Source: Candidatus Hadarchaeota archaeon
GTDB lineage: Archaea; CAYQAE01; CAYVLA01
Assembly (NCBI GenBank): GCA_964452145.1
Contig: CAYVLA010000023.1
Coordinates: 1-35,610 of the forward strand
Direction: 5' to 3'
DNA length: 35,610 nt
The translations under genes and the position numbers were made by a program. Shown here piece by piece: positions 1-7,274 of the stretch (its first letter is position 1; each line of letters opens with the position of its first letter). A model generated the notes under the pieces. It did no database searches. It saw only the letters and a list, made by a program, of their open reading frames with translations, and was not told the origin of the DNA.

Positions 1-36
1 ATAGGCCTTCAGGAGGTCGGTCTCAACCAACGGCAT
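1..36 (-). CDS. vapC: PIN-domain toxin (VapC-like), N-terminal 12 aa only; runs off the window edge
   Basis: Not in the ORF track. ATG at 36 lies 4 nt after the AbrB-like stop and reads MPLVETDLLKAY, resembling the PIN N-terminal hydrophobic-(D/E)T(D/N) motif. The position fits an antitoxin-toxin operon. Confidence 0.65.
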   Translation of the reverse strand, partial: MPLVETDLLKAY

Positions 37-40
37 GCCA

Positions 41-280
41 TCACCGTTTCGTCTCCCTGTCCAGCAGCCGGTCGGCCCTGCCCTCCAGTTTGGCCCATTG
101 CGGCAATCTGCCTGCCACCATCTTCCTCACGGCATCGATGTCGTCAGCCTTGCGCAGGAGGATCTCGCCTTTGCCCAAGGCAACGATCTCAAGAACATCG
201 CCGCTGCCTATGCCTGCCCTCTCCCTTACCCCCTTCGGGATCACCAGTTCGGCTTTCTTCCCTAGTATCGTGATCGACAT
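41..280 (-). CDS. AbrB/MazE/SpoVT-family DNA-binding antitoxin
   Basis: 79 aa; LGKKAELVIPKGVRERAGIGSGDVLEI matches the swapped-hairpin GxxxIPxxxRxxxGIxxGD pattern; GGGAG upstream of the ATG. Confidence 0.88.
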   Translation of the reverse strand: MSITILGKKAELVIPKGVRERAGIGSGDVLEIVALGKGEILLRKADDIDAVRKMVAGRLPQWAKLEGRADRLLDRETKR

Positions 281-338
281 TGTTCTCCCTGGGTGGATGT
301 TCGGGCAAGACTATTAATTCTTACTTACGGTTTTTCCG

Positions 339-354
339 GAATAATGCATTATTC
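339..354. promoter_or_regulatory. Perfect 16-bp palindrome, candidate operator
   Basis: GAATAATGCATTATTC is its own reverse complement and sits in the AT-rich divergent promoter region between the antitoxin and the ferritin-like fragment. Confidence 0.45.
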
Positions 355-431
355 AGAATCGACCTGATCGGTGGAATGGATCTCCCCAACCGATGGATTT
401 TCAAGGAACGGGATACCCGCAACGAACGGTG

Positions 432-911
432 TCATAAGATGCCCGAATTCCTGAATCCTTTCGTCGGTGTGCTTCCAGGGCGAAAACTTGACCCAAGGGA
501 GCTCTCCCGTGCCCTTCGACTAACGCTGGCCGCTGAAGAGGAGGCCGTACATCTGTACGAAGCGCTGGCCGACGCCTTGTCCTTGTAATGGAAGGACCAA
601 TTGATGTAGGAGATCCACCCAACGTTCTTGCCGTCGAGCTTCAGAGTCAGGCCCTCCTCCTTGAAGTACCAGATGTCCAGCTCAACCCCGTCTAGGGCCT
701 CGATTGGGCCGTATCCGTAGATGCCGCCCTGCCACGGGTTCCCGGCCGAGGTAGCGTCATAGGAGATGCCAACGGCGAGGGAGTCGCCAACCCGCCGCAC
801 CCCTGTGATCCCGAACGAGGCAAGTCCGAGTCTGGTCTCAGCACAGACCAAGGGCGCAAAGGCGATGGATGCCAGCAGCAAACCTGCCATAAAACGGCTG
901 AGATCTGACAT
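432..911 (-). pseudogene. Secreted protein of unknown function, apparently C-terminally truncated
   Basis: Signal-peptide-like MSDLSRFMAGLLLASIAFAPLVCA-E followed by beta-rich sequence up to HYKDK (~577). After that it becomes Ser/Ala-rich antisense read-through of the ferritin-like fragment. Confidence 0.55.
439..588 (+). pseudogene. Truncated ferritin-like/rubrerythrin-family protein (N-terminal half)
   Basis: MPEFLNPF...RKLDPRELSRALRLTLAAEEEAVHLYEALADA matches the first helix (ExxAxxxY) of small ferritin-like proteins. It stops at 49 aa, before the second ExxH helix. Confidence 0.75.
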
Positions 912-1215
912 GCCACTGCAGCCCGCTGTAGCAAAGGGGGATTTGATCACTTCCTTGCCAGCCATGCGAGTCTCCATGGCCCGTCGCCGCCGAGCGCGAG
1001 CATATGAATGAACCCGGAATAACAGAAACCAGAGATTCAAGGTCTAGGGCACGTTATCTGAGCATACTGACGTATGACGACAGTGCCCCCTACCACCATG
1101 CTGCTGCAAGCGGGCGCAGACAGACCCCACCGCATCGATGAACTGATGTCGCGGGACGCTATTGAGTGTTCCGATAGGGGCAGGTTTCGGGACTTCCGCG
1201 ACCATCCCATGAGGA

Positions 1216-1662
1216 TCAACGCTTGTTGCGGAATCCTTTGAGGTCGAAAACCTGAAGACCCGATCCCATCCTTCTGAGAAAGGCTGGTATGTCTTTTGCC
1301 TCGGTCATCAACGAGTCGGCATGCACGAGCGCAGACGCGACGATTGGCACATCGGGTATGTCTCTCATTCCACGGCACATTAGATCCAAGGCCACGGGTA
1401 GGGTCTCTTCGTCGATCACCGAGAGGATTGTCAAGCGGTCGGAGTTCATGATCGCTTTCAGCCCAGTCTCAACCCTCTTCCTGGACTCTTCGTCTTCAGC
1501 CACCACAGGGCAGACTTTGCCGAGTATCTCGAACAGACTCACTTCATTGAGCATCAAGCTGTGTCCCGACGCGAGCACGGAACGCATGTCCTCAATGTTC
1601 ATCCCGACCAACTCTACCCCGACAATCGGGAGTAGGTAGGTCGTGTCAAGTACTATTCTCAT
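1216..1662 (-). CDS. vapC: PIN-domain ribonuclease toxin (VapC family)
   Basis: MRIVLDTTYLL, SLFE, DIPD and LMTE acidic PIN motifs; ATGA overlap with the upstream AbrB-like gene. Confidence 0.88.
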   Translation of the reverse strand: MRIVLDTTYLLPIVGVELVGMNIEDMRSVLASGHSLMLNEVSLFEILGKVCPVVAEDEESRKRVETGLKAIMNSDRLTILSVIDEETLPVALDLMCRGMRDIPDVPIVASALVHADSLMTEAKDIPAFLRRMGSGLQVFDLKGFRNKR

Positions 1663-1904
1663 CTTCTCGTCATCGCCTTTGACAGTTCCGAACGGAATCT
1701 ATCGAATTCGTCCAGAGTTATTGTGGCGATCGGCTTCATCTTGATTAGTTCCTCCAGGGAGGGAACCGCCTCGACTTCGAGTCTAGTTCCTGCCAACCTG
1801 AATATGATCCTCGAACCGGGACGAATGCCGATGGCCTCTCTCATGTCTTTCGGCGGGTAGAGCTCGCCCCTCTTACCGGCACGGCTGACTACCTCGGTTG
1901 CCAC
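1659..1904 (-). CDS. AbrB/MazE/SpoVT-family antitoxin
   Basis: AGKRGELYPPKDMREAIGIRPGSRIIF motif. Start re-called to GTG at 1904, which follows a GGTGA RBS. Confidence 0.88.
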   Translation of the reverse strand: MATEVVSRAGKRGELYPPKDMREAIGIRPGSRIIFRLAGTRLEVEAVPSLEELIKMKPIATITLDEFDRFRSELSKAMTRR

Positions 1905-1927
1905 ATTTTCACCCGAATAGACATGTA

Positions 1928-1946
1928 TCATCAGATGAATATTAAT
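1928..1946 (-). promoter_or_regulatory. TATA-like box with adjacent palindrome (candidate autoregulated TA promoter)
   Basis: ATTAATATT on the minus strand (1946-1938) abuts the inverted repeat TCATC-A-GATGA (1928-1938). Confidence 0.4.
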
Positions 1947-2086
1947 GTTCCGATCATATCCCTTCAACCGATAATCATGTCGTTTCAGTAAGCACGGTGC
2001 CAAAGGCTCTCGGCGGCATACTGCAGGCGCTGGGGGCTGGCCGTGCAGGAAACCTGCGACGTGGCTGGTTGACCGTCACCCATGCA

Positions 2087-2092
2087 TTTAAG
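2087..2092 (+). promoter_or_regulatory. Archaeal TATA-like box
   Basis: TTTAAG about 25 nt upstream of ATG 2118 in GC-rich surroundings; leaderless-type spacing. Confidence 0.5.
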
Positions 2093-2117
2093 TTCGCTGG
2101 CTATCCTCCGTCCGCGA

Positions 2118-3227
2118 ATGACCCCCAGGGAAAGGTACCATGCCATAACACATTTTCAGAAAACCGACCGGCCTTGGATCTCAGGTGAGGGAACGTGGCC
2201 CGAGACCGAAGCCAGATGGCGCAAAGAAGGGTGGGACGGGCGCCCGATACGCGAGATATTCCCCCATGACCCGATGCTGGGCGTGCCGGTTTCGGCCGGC
2301 CCCTGGCCCCCGTTCGAGAAAACGATCATCGAGGAGACCCCTCAAACCATCCTGTACGTCGACCACGAGGGAATCCTGAAGCGGGAGTTCAGGGACCACA
2401 GGGGCTGGTCTAGCATGCCCCAGTTTGTGAAGTTCCCGGTGGAGACGGAGGAGGACTTCGATCGACTGGTCGGTGAAAGGCTTGCACCCAAATTGGACGA
2501 GAGGTTCCCGAAGAATTGGGCGGAGAAAGTCAGGGAGTGGAAGAACAGGACCGCGCCGCTGATGTACTTCCCCGATAGGTGGGGCGGCTTCTTCGGGCCG
2601 CTGCGAAACCTGCTGGGCCTGACGAACCTCTGCAGGGCCTTCTACGAGAAGCCGGAATTCGTCGAGAGGATGATGGATCAGCGGGTGGAGGTCATCCTCG
2701 CCATCCTGGGCAAGCTGCTCGATGATGCCGAAATCGACATATTCGGCTTCTGGGAGGACATGGGCTACAGAACTGGACCCCTGCTGGCCCCCGAGATGTT
2801 CAAGGAGTTCATGGTCCCGAGGTACAGCATAATCTGCAAGTACCTGCGGTCGAGAGGCGTGGACCTGATCGGGGTGGACAGCGACGGCGATGTGCGCACC
2901 CTGATCCCCCTATGGCTCAAGGCTGGGCTTAACGCTATATGGCCGCTTGAGGTCCGGTCCAACATGGATCCCCGGGAGCTTCGGAAGGAGTACGGACGGA
3001 GGCTGGTCATGTTCGGCGGCATCGACAAGCAGGCCCTAACCAGGGGAAAGGCCGAGATAGAAGCCGAGGTGGACAGGGTCTGGCCGGTCGTCGCCACAGG
3101 CGGATACATCGCCCACGTCGACCACTCCATGCCCCCCGACATCTCCTGGCAGAACTTCTGCCACTACCAAAGGTATAGAGCCATGAAGGCCGGCTTCGAC
3201 CTCGGAGAGGCGGCGAAACAAGTCTAG
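2118..3227 (+). CDS. Uroporphyrinogen decarboxylase/MtaA-CmuA-like TIM-barrel protein (function unknown)
   Basis: MTPRERY start; FWEDMGYRTGPLLAPEMFKEF, VDSDG, WPLE, FGGIDK and GGYIAHVDHSMPPD motifs. Lacks the RQAGR motif of true HemE. Confidence 0.88.
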   Translation: MTPRERYHAITHFQKTDRPWISGEGTWPETEARWRKEGWDGRPIREIFPHDPMLGVPVSAGPWPPFEKTIIEETPQTILYVDHEGILKREFRDHRGWSSMPQFVKFPVETEEDFDRLVGERLAPKLDERFPKNWAEKVREWKNRTAPLMYFPDRWGGFFGPLRNLLGLTNLCRAFYEKPEFVERMMDQRVEVILAILGKLLDDAEIDIFGFWEDMGYRTGPLLAPEMFKEFMVPRYSIICKYLRSRGVDLIGVDSDGDVRTLIPLWLKAGLNAIWPLEVRSNMDPRELRKEYGRRLVMFGGIDKQALTRGKAEIEAEVDRVWPVVATGGYIAHVDHSMPPDISWQNFCHYQRYRAMKAGFDLGEAAKQV

Positions 3228-3268
3228 TCCTGAGCCATGGATGAGGGTTGGCACCAGCAGCCGTTGCA

Positions 3269-4219
3269 TCACTCGTTCACCCAGTCTTCTGTGAATGTGC
3301 AGTGCCTGATTCTCTTCCTTTGGTAGGTGTACGTGGCATGGATCAGCCCATCCAATATCTGTATCACCCCCGGATACGAGTACTCCCCCGGCCCATCCTC
3401 CAGGACCTTGGGCGGGCTCCAGGTCTCACCGTCGTCGTGTGAGATCGCCACGTTCAGCGGCGTCCGTGCAGAATCAGTGTGGTTGTAGACCATGACCAGT
3501 GCACCGCTTTCAAGGCGCACAGCGTCGATTCCTGAGTTTGGATTCGGAAGAACCGTTCGCCGCGCTTGGGACCAAGTCCGTCCACCGTCATCGGAGTTCG
3601 CAACGCAGACGCACCCGATCAGCCTAGTGGACCTGAGGAAGGCCCTGACCCTGCCTGGACGAACCTCGATAATCGTCGGCTGGATCAGGCCGTGGTTCGT
3701 GCCGGGGTAGACGATGGGTCCGAATCTCTGCCAGTCGGTGCCGTCGGGGTTGAAGCTCTCCACCCAGCCCGTCCATGCCCTGTAGGACTCGACCGAGCTT
3801 GGACACAAGATCCTACCATCCGAGAGAAGTATGGGCTTGTTCTTGATGGGTCCCAGAAGCCCGGCAGGCAAGATCACCGGCTGTGACCAGGTCTTGCCCC
3901 CATCCTTGGATTTCAGATAAGCCCCAGACCAAGACCGGGGATTCGCGCCGACCTTGTAGAAGAGCCACATCGTGCCCTCAGGCCCCAGGAAGAGAACGGG
4001 ATTCCAGCAAGGCGTATCCTGCTCCTTCGCCACCTCGACTGGTTTGGTCCAGCGCCCTTTCCTTCTACGGCTGAGCCAGATCCCCACATCCGGGGCTCCC
4101 TCCTTCGTCCCGGCGAACCAGGCTGCGAGGAGGCTGCCCGTCGAACTCTCGGCTATCGTTGATGCGTGGCACTCCCTGAAGGGGGCCGAGCTGAAGATGA
4201 ACCGCTTCTCAAGAGGCAT
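3269..4219 (-). CDS. BNR/Asp-box beta-propeller, sialidase-like (GH33-like)
   Basis: Asp-boxes SKDGGKTWS, SDDGGRTWS and SHDDGETWS; CHASTI, WNPVLF, GPIKNKP, IQPT, LPNPNSG, RTPL and EYSYP motifs; no signal peptide. Confidence 0.9.
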   Translation of the reverse strand: MPLEKRFIFSSAPFRECHASTIAESSTGSLLAAWFAGTKEGAPDVGIWLSRRRKGRWTKPVEVAKEQDTPCWNPVLFLGPEGTMWLFYKVGANPRSWSGAYLKSKDGGKTWSQPVILPAGLLGPIKNKPILLSDGRILCPSSVESYRAWTGWVESFNPDGTDWQRFGPIVYPGTNHGLIQPTIIEVRPGRVRAFLRSTRLIGCVCVANSDDGGRTWSQARRTVLPNPNSGIDAVRLESGALVMVYNHTDSARTPLNVAISHDDGETWSPPKVLEDGPGEYSYPGVIQILDGLIHATYTYQRKRIRHCTFTEDWVNE

Positions 4220-4245
4220 GCTCCTGGCAAGGTCGGGTCTTCGTC

Positions 4246-4251
4246 TTATAT
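4246..4251 (-). promoter_or_regulatory. Archaeal TATA-like box
   Basis: ATATAA on the minus strand about 26 nt upstream of ATG 4219. Confidence 0.45.
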
Positions 4252-4411
4252 GTTCGGGACTGCCTCTGACGCCCCTGCATTGCGGCTGGTAGCTGATGAT
4301 TCAAGCGAGGCCTTAGAGGGTTTTTCAGCATCCCGAGACTCTCTGTATAGAGATTCCGGAAAGACAGAAGAGATATTAACACAATTGAACACACCGTGGT
4401 AGGGTATCTTC

Positions 4412-4726
4412 TTGGGCTCGGGGATCGAACACATGACGGCAAGGGTTCTCGGGAGGCAGATAAGGGCACTGGAGAAGGTGGCCGCGGAAGAGAAGATAGA
4501 CCGGTCAGCCGCGCTGAGGAAGGTCCTTGACATCGGCCTCAGGGAATATTCGAAGAAGAAAGCGGTGGAGGAATACCGCGTTGGGAGGATATCCGTTGGC
4601 AGGGCGGCGGAGGAAGCAGGCATGTCGATTGCTGAGTTCTATCGCACTCTGTCAATAGAAGGCATCCCCATCAAGATTGACTTGGCGGCTTTCAGGGCTG
4701 CGCTCCGGAAGGATTTCGAGAAATGA
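4412..4726 (+). CDS. UPF0175-family protein (putative antitoxin, RHH+HTH)
   Basis: DRSAALRKVL and YRVGRISVGRAAEEAGMSIAEF motifs; ATGA overlap with the downstream PIN-like gene. Start is TTG 4412 or ATG 4433. Confidence 0.85.
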   Translation: MGSGIEHMTARVLGRQIRALEKVAAEEKIDRSAALRKVLDIGLREYSKKKAVEEYRVGRISVGRAAEEAGMSIAEFYRTLSIEGIPIKIDLAAFRAALRKDFEK

Positions 4727-5232
4727 AGGCGGTTTCGGATGCATCGAGTCTGATCCTCGCCGCAAAGGTGCCGTGCTTGTGGGCAGCGCTGGGGGGCATC
4801 TTTGAGCAGATCTTGATTCCGGAAGCTGTTCATGCTGAGATTGTTGCGGGAGAAGAGATCCAAAGCCCGGACGTCCCAGTCATTCTTGCTGCAATTGAGA
4901 AGGGATGGGTCAAGGTCGTCCACGGCATTGAGGCTTCAGGCATCCCTAGGAATCTTGGTGCAGGGGAGAGGGAGGCTATCTCGCTGATGACCCGTGTTCG
5001 AGCCGACTGGCTCTTGATGGATGACCAGATCGCCTCCACGACTGCAAGACTGCTTGGGCTCCCCGTTCGGCCCTTGTCCTACGTTATCTTATATCTGGTT
5101 GCCAAGGATGTGATCAAGGCCGGCGAAGGGACCGTGCTGCTCGACGATCTCGTGGATTCGGGGTACTTTCTAGGCCCGAGCGACTACTTAGGGGTTAAGA
5201 AGCTGCTGAAGGAAACTTCTGGAAGGAAGTGA
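4723..5232 (+). CDS. DUF3368-type PIN-domain nucleic-acid-binding protein
   Basis: VSDASSLI, IPEAVHAEI, LGAGEREAISL and LLMDD...ARLLGL motifs. Confidence 0.88.
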   Translation: MKAVSDASSLILAAKVPCLWAALGGIFEQILIPEAVHAEIVAGEEIQSPDVPVILAAIEKGWVKVVHGIEASGIPRNLGAGEREAISLMTRVRADWLLMDDQIASTTARLLGLPVRPLSYVILYLVAKDVIKAGEGTVLLDDLVDSGYFLGPSDYLGVKKLLKETSGRK

Positions 5233-5387
5233 GATCCCCGCCCTCTGGTTCCCTCAGAAGTCTGGACCCGTTCCCCCGGAATTACTAAGCGAAGTCTGAC
5301 CCTAACGTGATCCGATATGGCAGACCGGCCCGGACTGGGCCAAACATTATTTTGGGCCGACTGCAAACGGGGCCGAGGCGATTTGCA

Positions 5388-6575
5388 GTGAACGAGGAGG
5401 AGATCATAAAGGGGCTGAGGCAGCTCAAGATCGAGACCCCATCCTGGGGCTACGGTGACAGCGGGACGCGCTTCAAGACCTTTCCGTACCCGGGCGCAGC
5501 CATGACAATATGGGAGAAGATCGATGACGCGGCCTTCGTCAACAAGCTGACCGGCGCCGCCCCACGGATAGCGCTCCACATCCCCTGGGACAAGGTGGAT
5601 GACTATGGCGAGCTGAAGAACTACGCGGAGGAGAGGGGCCTAAAGATCGGCGCGATCAACCCGAACCTCTTCCAGGACGACGAATACCGGCTTGGAAGCG
5701 TCTGCAACCCCGATCCCCGCGTGAGGCGGAGGGCCCTGGAGCACATGCTCGACTGCATCGAGATCTGCGAGAAGACCGGGGCCGACATCCTGAGCCTCTG
5801 GTTTGCGGATGGAACCAACTACTCCGGGCAGGATGGCATCGTTGACAGAAAGCACCGCATGGAGGAGGCGCTGCACAAGGTGTACGACGCGCTGCCCGCC
5901 AGGGTGCGCATGCTGATAGAGTACAAGCTTTACGAGCCCGCGTTCTACCACACCGACATCCCGGACTGGGGAACGTCGTACATCCTCGCTCGCAAGCTGG
6001 GGCCCAAGGCACAGGTCCTCATCGACACCGGCCATCACCCCCTTGCCACGAACGTGGAGCAGATCGTGGCCAGCCTGATGGACGAGGGGATCCTGGGCGG
6101 ATTCCACTTCAACAGCCGCAACTATGGTGACGATGACCTGATCGTCGGCGCATCGGATCCCTTCCAGCTCTTCAGGATATTTCACGAGATCGTCAGCGCC
6201 GAACTCTCAAGGGATGCCAAGAGGTCAGGCTGCGCCAGGAGGATCGCCTACATGATCGACCAGAGCCACTGCATCGAGGGAAAGATCGAGGCCATGATCC
6301 TGTCCGTGGCCAACTGTCAGATCGCCCGGGCCAAGGCCCTGTTGGTCGACCGCGGAGAGCTGCGAAGGCTGCAGCGCGTCGGTGATGTGCTGGGCGCCCA
6401 CGAGGCGGTGCAGAGGGCCTTCAGGACCGATGTCTCCGGCATTCTGGGCAGGATGAGGAGGGAAATGGGTCTGCCCGAAGATCCCGTCAAGGCCTTCAAG
6501 GAGAGCGGCTACGCCGAGAGGATCTCAAAGGAAGGGCGCGCAGCCCCCTCTTCCGGCAGCGGCTATCCAGGGTGA
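5388..6575 (+). CDS. rhaI: L-rhamnose isomerase (RhaI, xylose-isomerase-like fold)
   Basis: IETPSWGYGDSGTRF, ALHIPWD, AINPNLFQ, LWFADGTNY, EYKLYEPAFYHTDIPDWGT, DTGHH, GGFHFN and MIDQSH motifs. Start re-called to GTG 5388 after GAGGCGA. Confidence 0.93.
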   Translation: MNEEEIIKGLRQLKIETPSWGYGDSGTRFKTFPYPGAAMTIWEKIDDAAFVNKLTGAAPRIALHIPWDKVDDYGELKNYAEERGLKIGAINPNLFQDDEYRLGSVCNPDPRVRRRALEHMLDCIEICEKTGADILSLWFADGTNYSGQDGIVDRKHRMEEALHKVYDALPARVRMLIEYKLYEPAFYHTDIPDWGTSYILARKLGPKAQVLIDTGHHPLATNVEQIVASLMDEGILGGFHFNSRNYGDDDLIVGASDPFQLFRIFHEIVSAELSRDAKRSGCARRIAYMIDQSHCIEGKIEAMILSVANCQIARAKALLVDRGELRRLQRVGDVLGAHEAVQRAFRTDVSGILGRMRREMGLPEDPVKAFKESGYAERISKEGRAAPSSGSGYPG

Positions 6576-6782
6576 GGATTGTGGTTCAGCGCAGGTGGAA
6601 ACGCAAGCAGAGAGAAGTGAAGCATGGCCTGCGCCGTACCTCTTTGATGTCTGCGGGTCTGTTGAGAGCGACTTCGAGGACCGAGGGCCTCAAGACATCT
6701 CCAGATCAGAACCGAACCAGCTACATCCCAAAAATAACCTGATACCTGATGGAAACACCAGAGTTAGGGTGCCACAGCGGAT

Positions 6783-7186
6783 ATGTTGACTGCATTGCCA
6801 ACCGTCACGGTCAAGAAGGAAACGCACGATGCGCCCGAGGTCGGGGATTACGCCAGATGGCCCATTGACCATGGGTGGGAATGGGTCTTCGCCAATGGAA
6901 CTAAGGCTCGAATGCGCGAACGCCTCTGGACGCTGGCGCAAGTCATGAACATGCTGATCGACGCCGGGTTTGAGATTGAACGCGTCGTAGAGCAGGCATT
7001 CGAAGACATGAAAGCTCGCGGGGCCGCTGGCCGGTTGCCTTATGTCCACAGGGTTGACACGGTTCAAAGGAGTACATGATCGGGCGCAAGCTTCCATACA
7101 CATTGATCACAAAGGCAAGAAAGGCGCCCTTATTCAATCTGGTAAGGATTCTGGTGTCTGAGAGAGTTCAGCAGCGATTGTGCTAA
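6783..7186 (+). pseudogene. C-terminal remnant of a class I SAM-dependent methyltransferase
   Basis: WTLAQVMNMLIDAGFEIERVVE followed, after a frameshift near 7065, by EYMIGRKLPYTLITKARK. This is a typical methyltransferase C-terminus; no GxGxG motif upstream. Confidence 0.55.
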
Positions 7187-7274
7187 CTGGGGTCAAGACC
7201 CTTCTGGATCTCGGTTGCTGGATCGTCGTTCACACTTTTGAAGGAGGACACATTCCGGCTTCAAGGCGGTATTC

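Noticed and set aside
280..438. N-terminal extension of ORF 280..588
   Set aside because: It crosses the AT-rich promoter region; family similarity begins only at ATG 439.
1047..1088. Hairpin with CTGA and ATGACGA resembling a C/D-box sRNA
   Set aside because: Only a D'/C'-like pair is present; no properly spaced terminal C and D boxes.
1905..1940. CTGATGA...GAAA on the minus strand upstream of the AbrB gene
   Set aside because: The intervening sequence cannot form stem II; it is better explained as an operator palindrome plus the GGTGA RBS.
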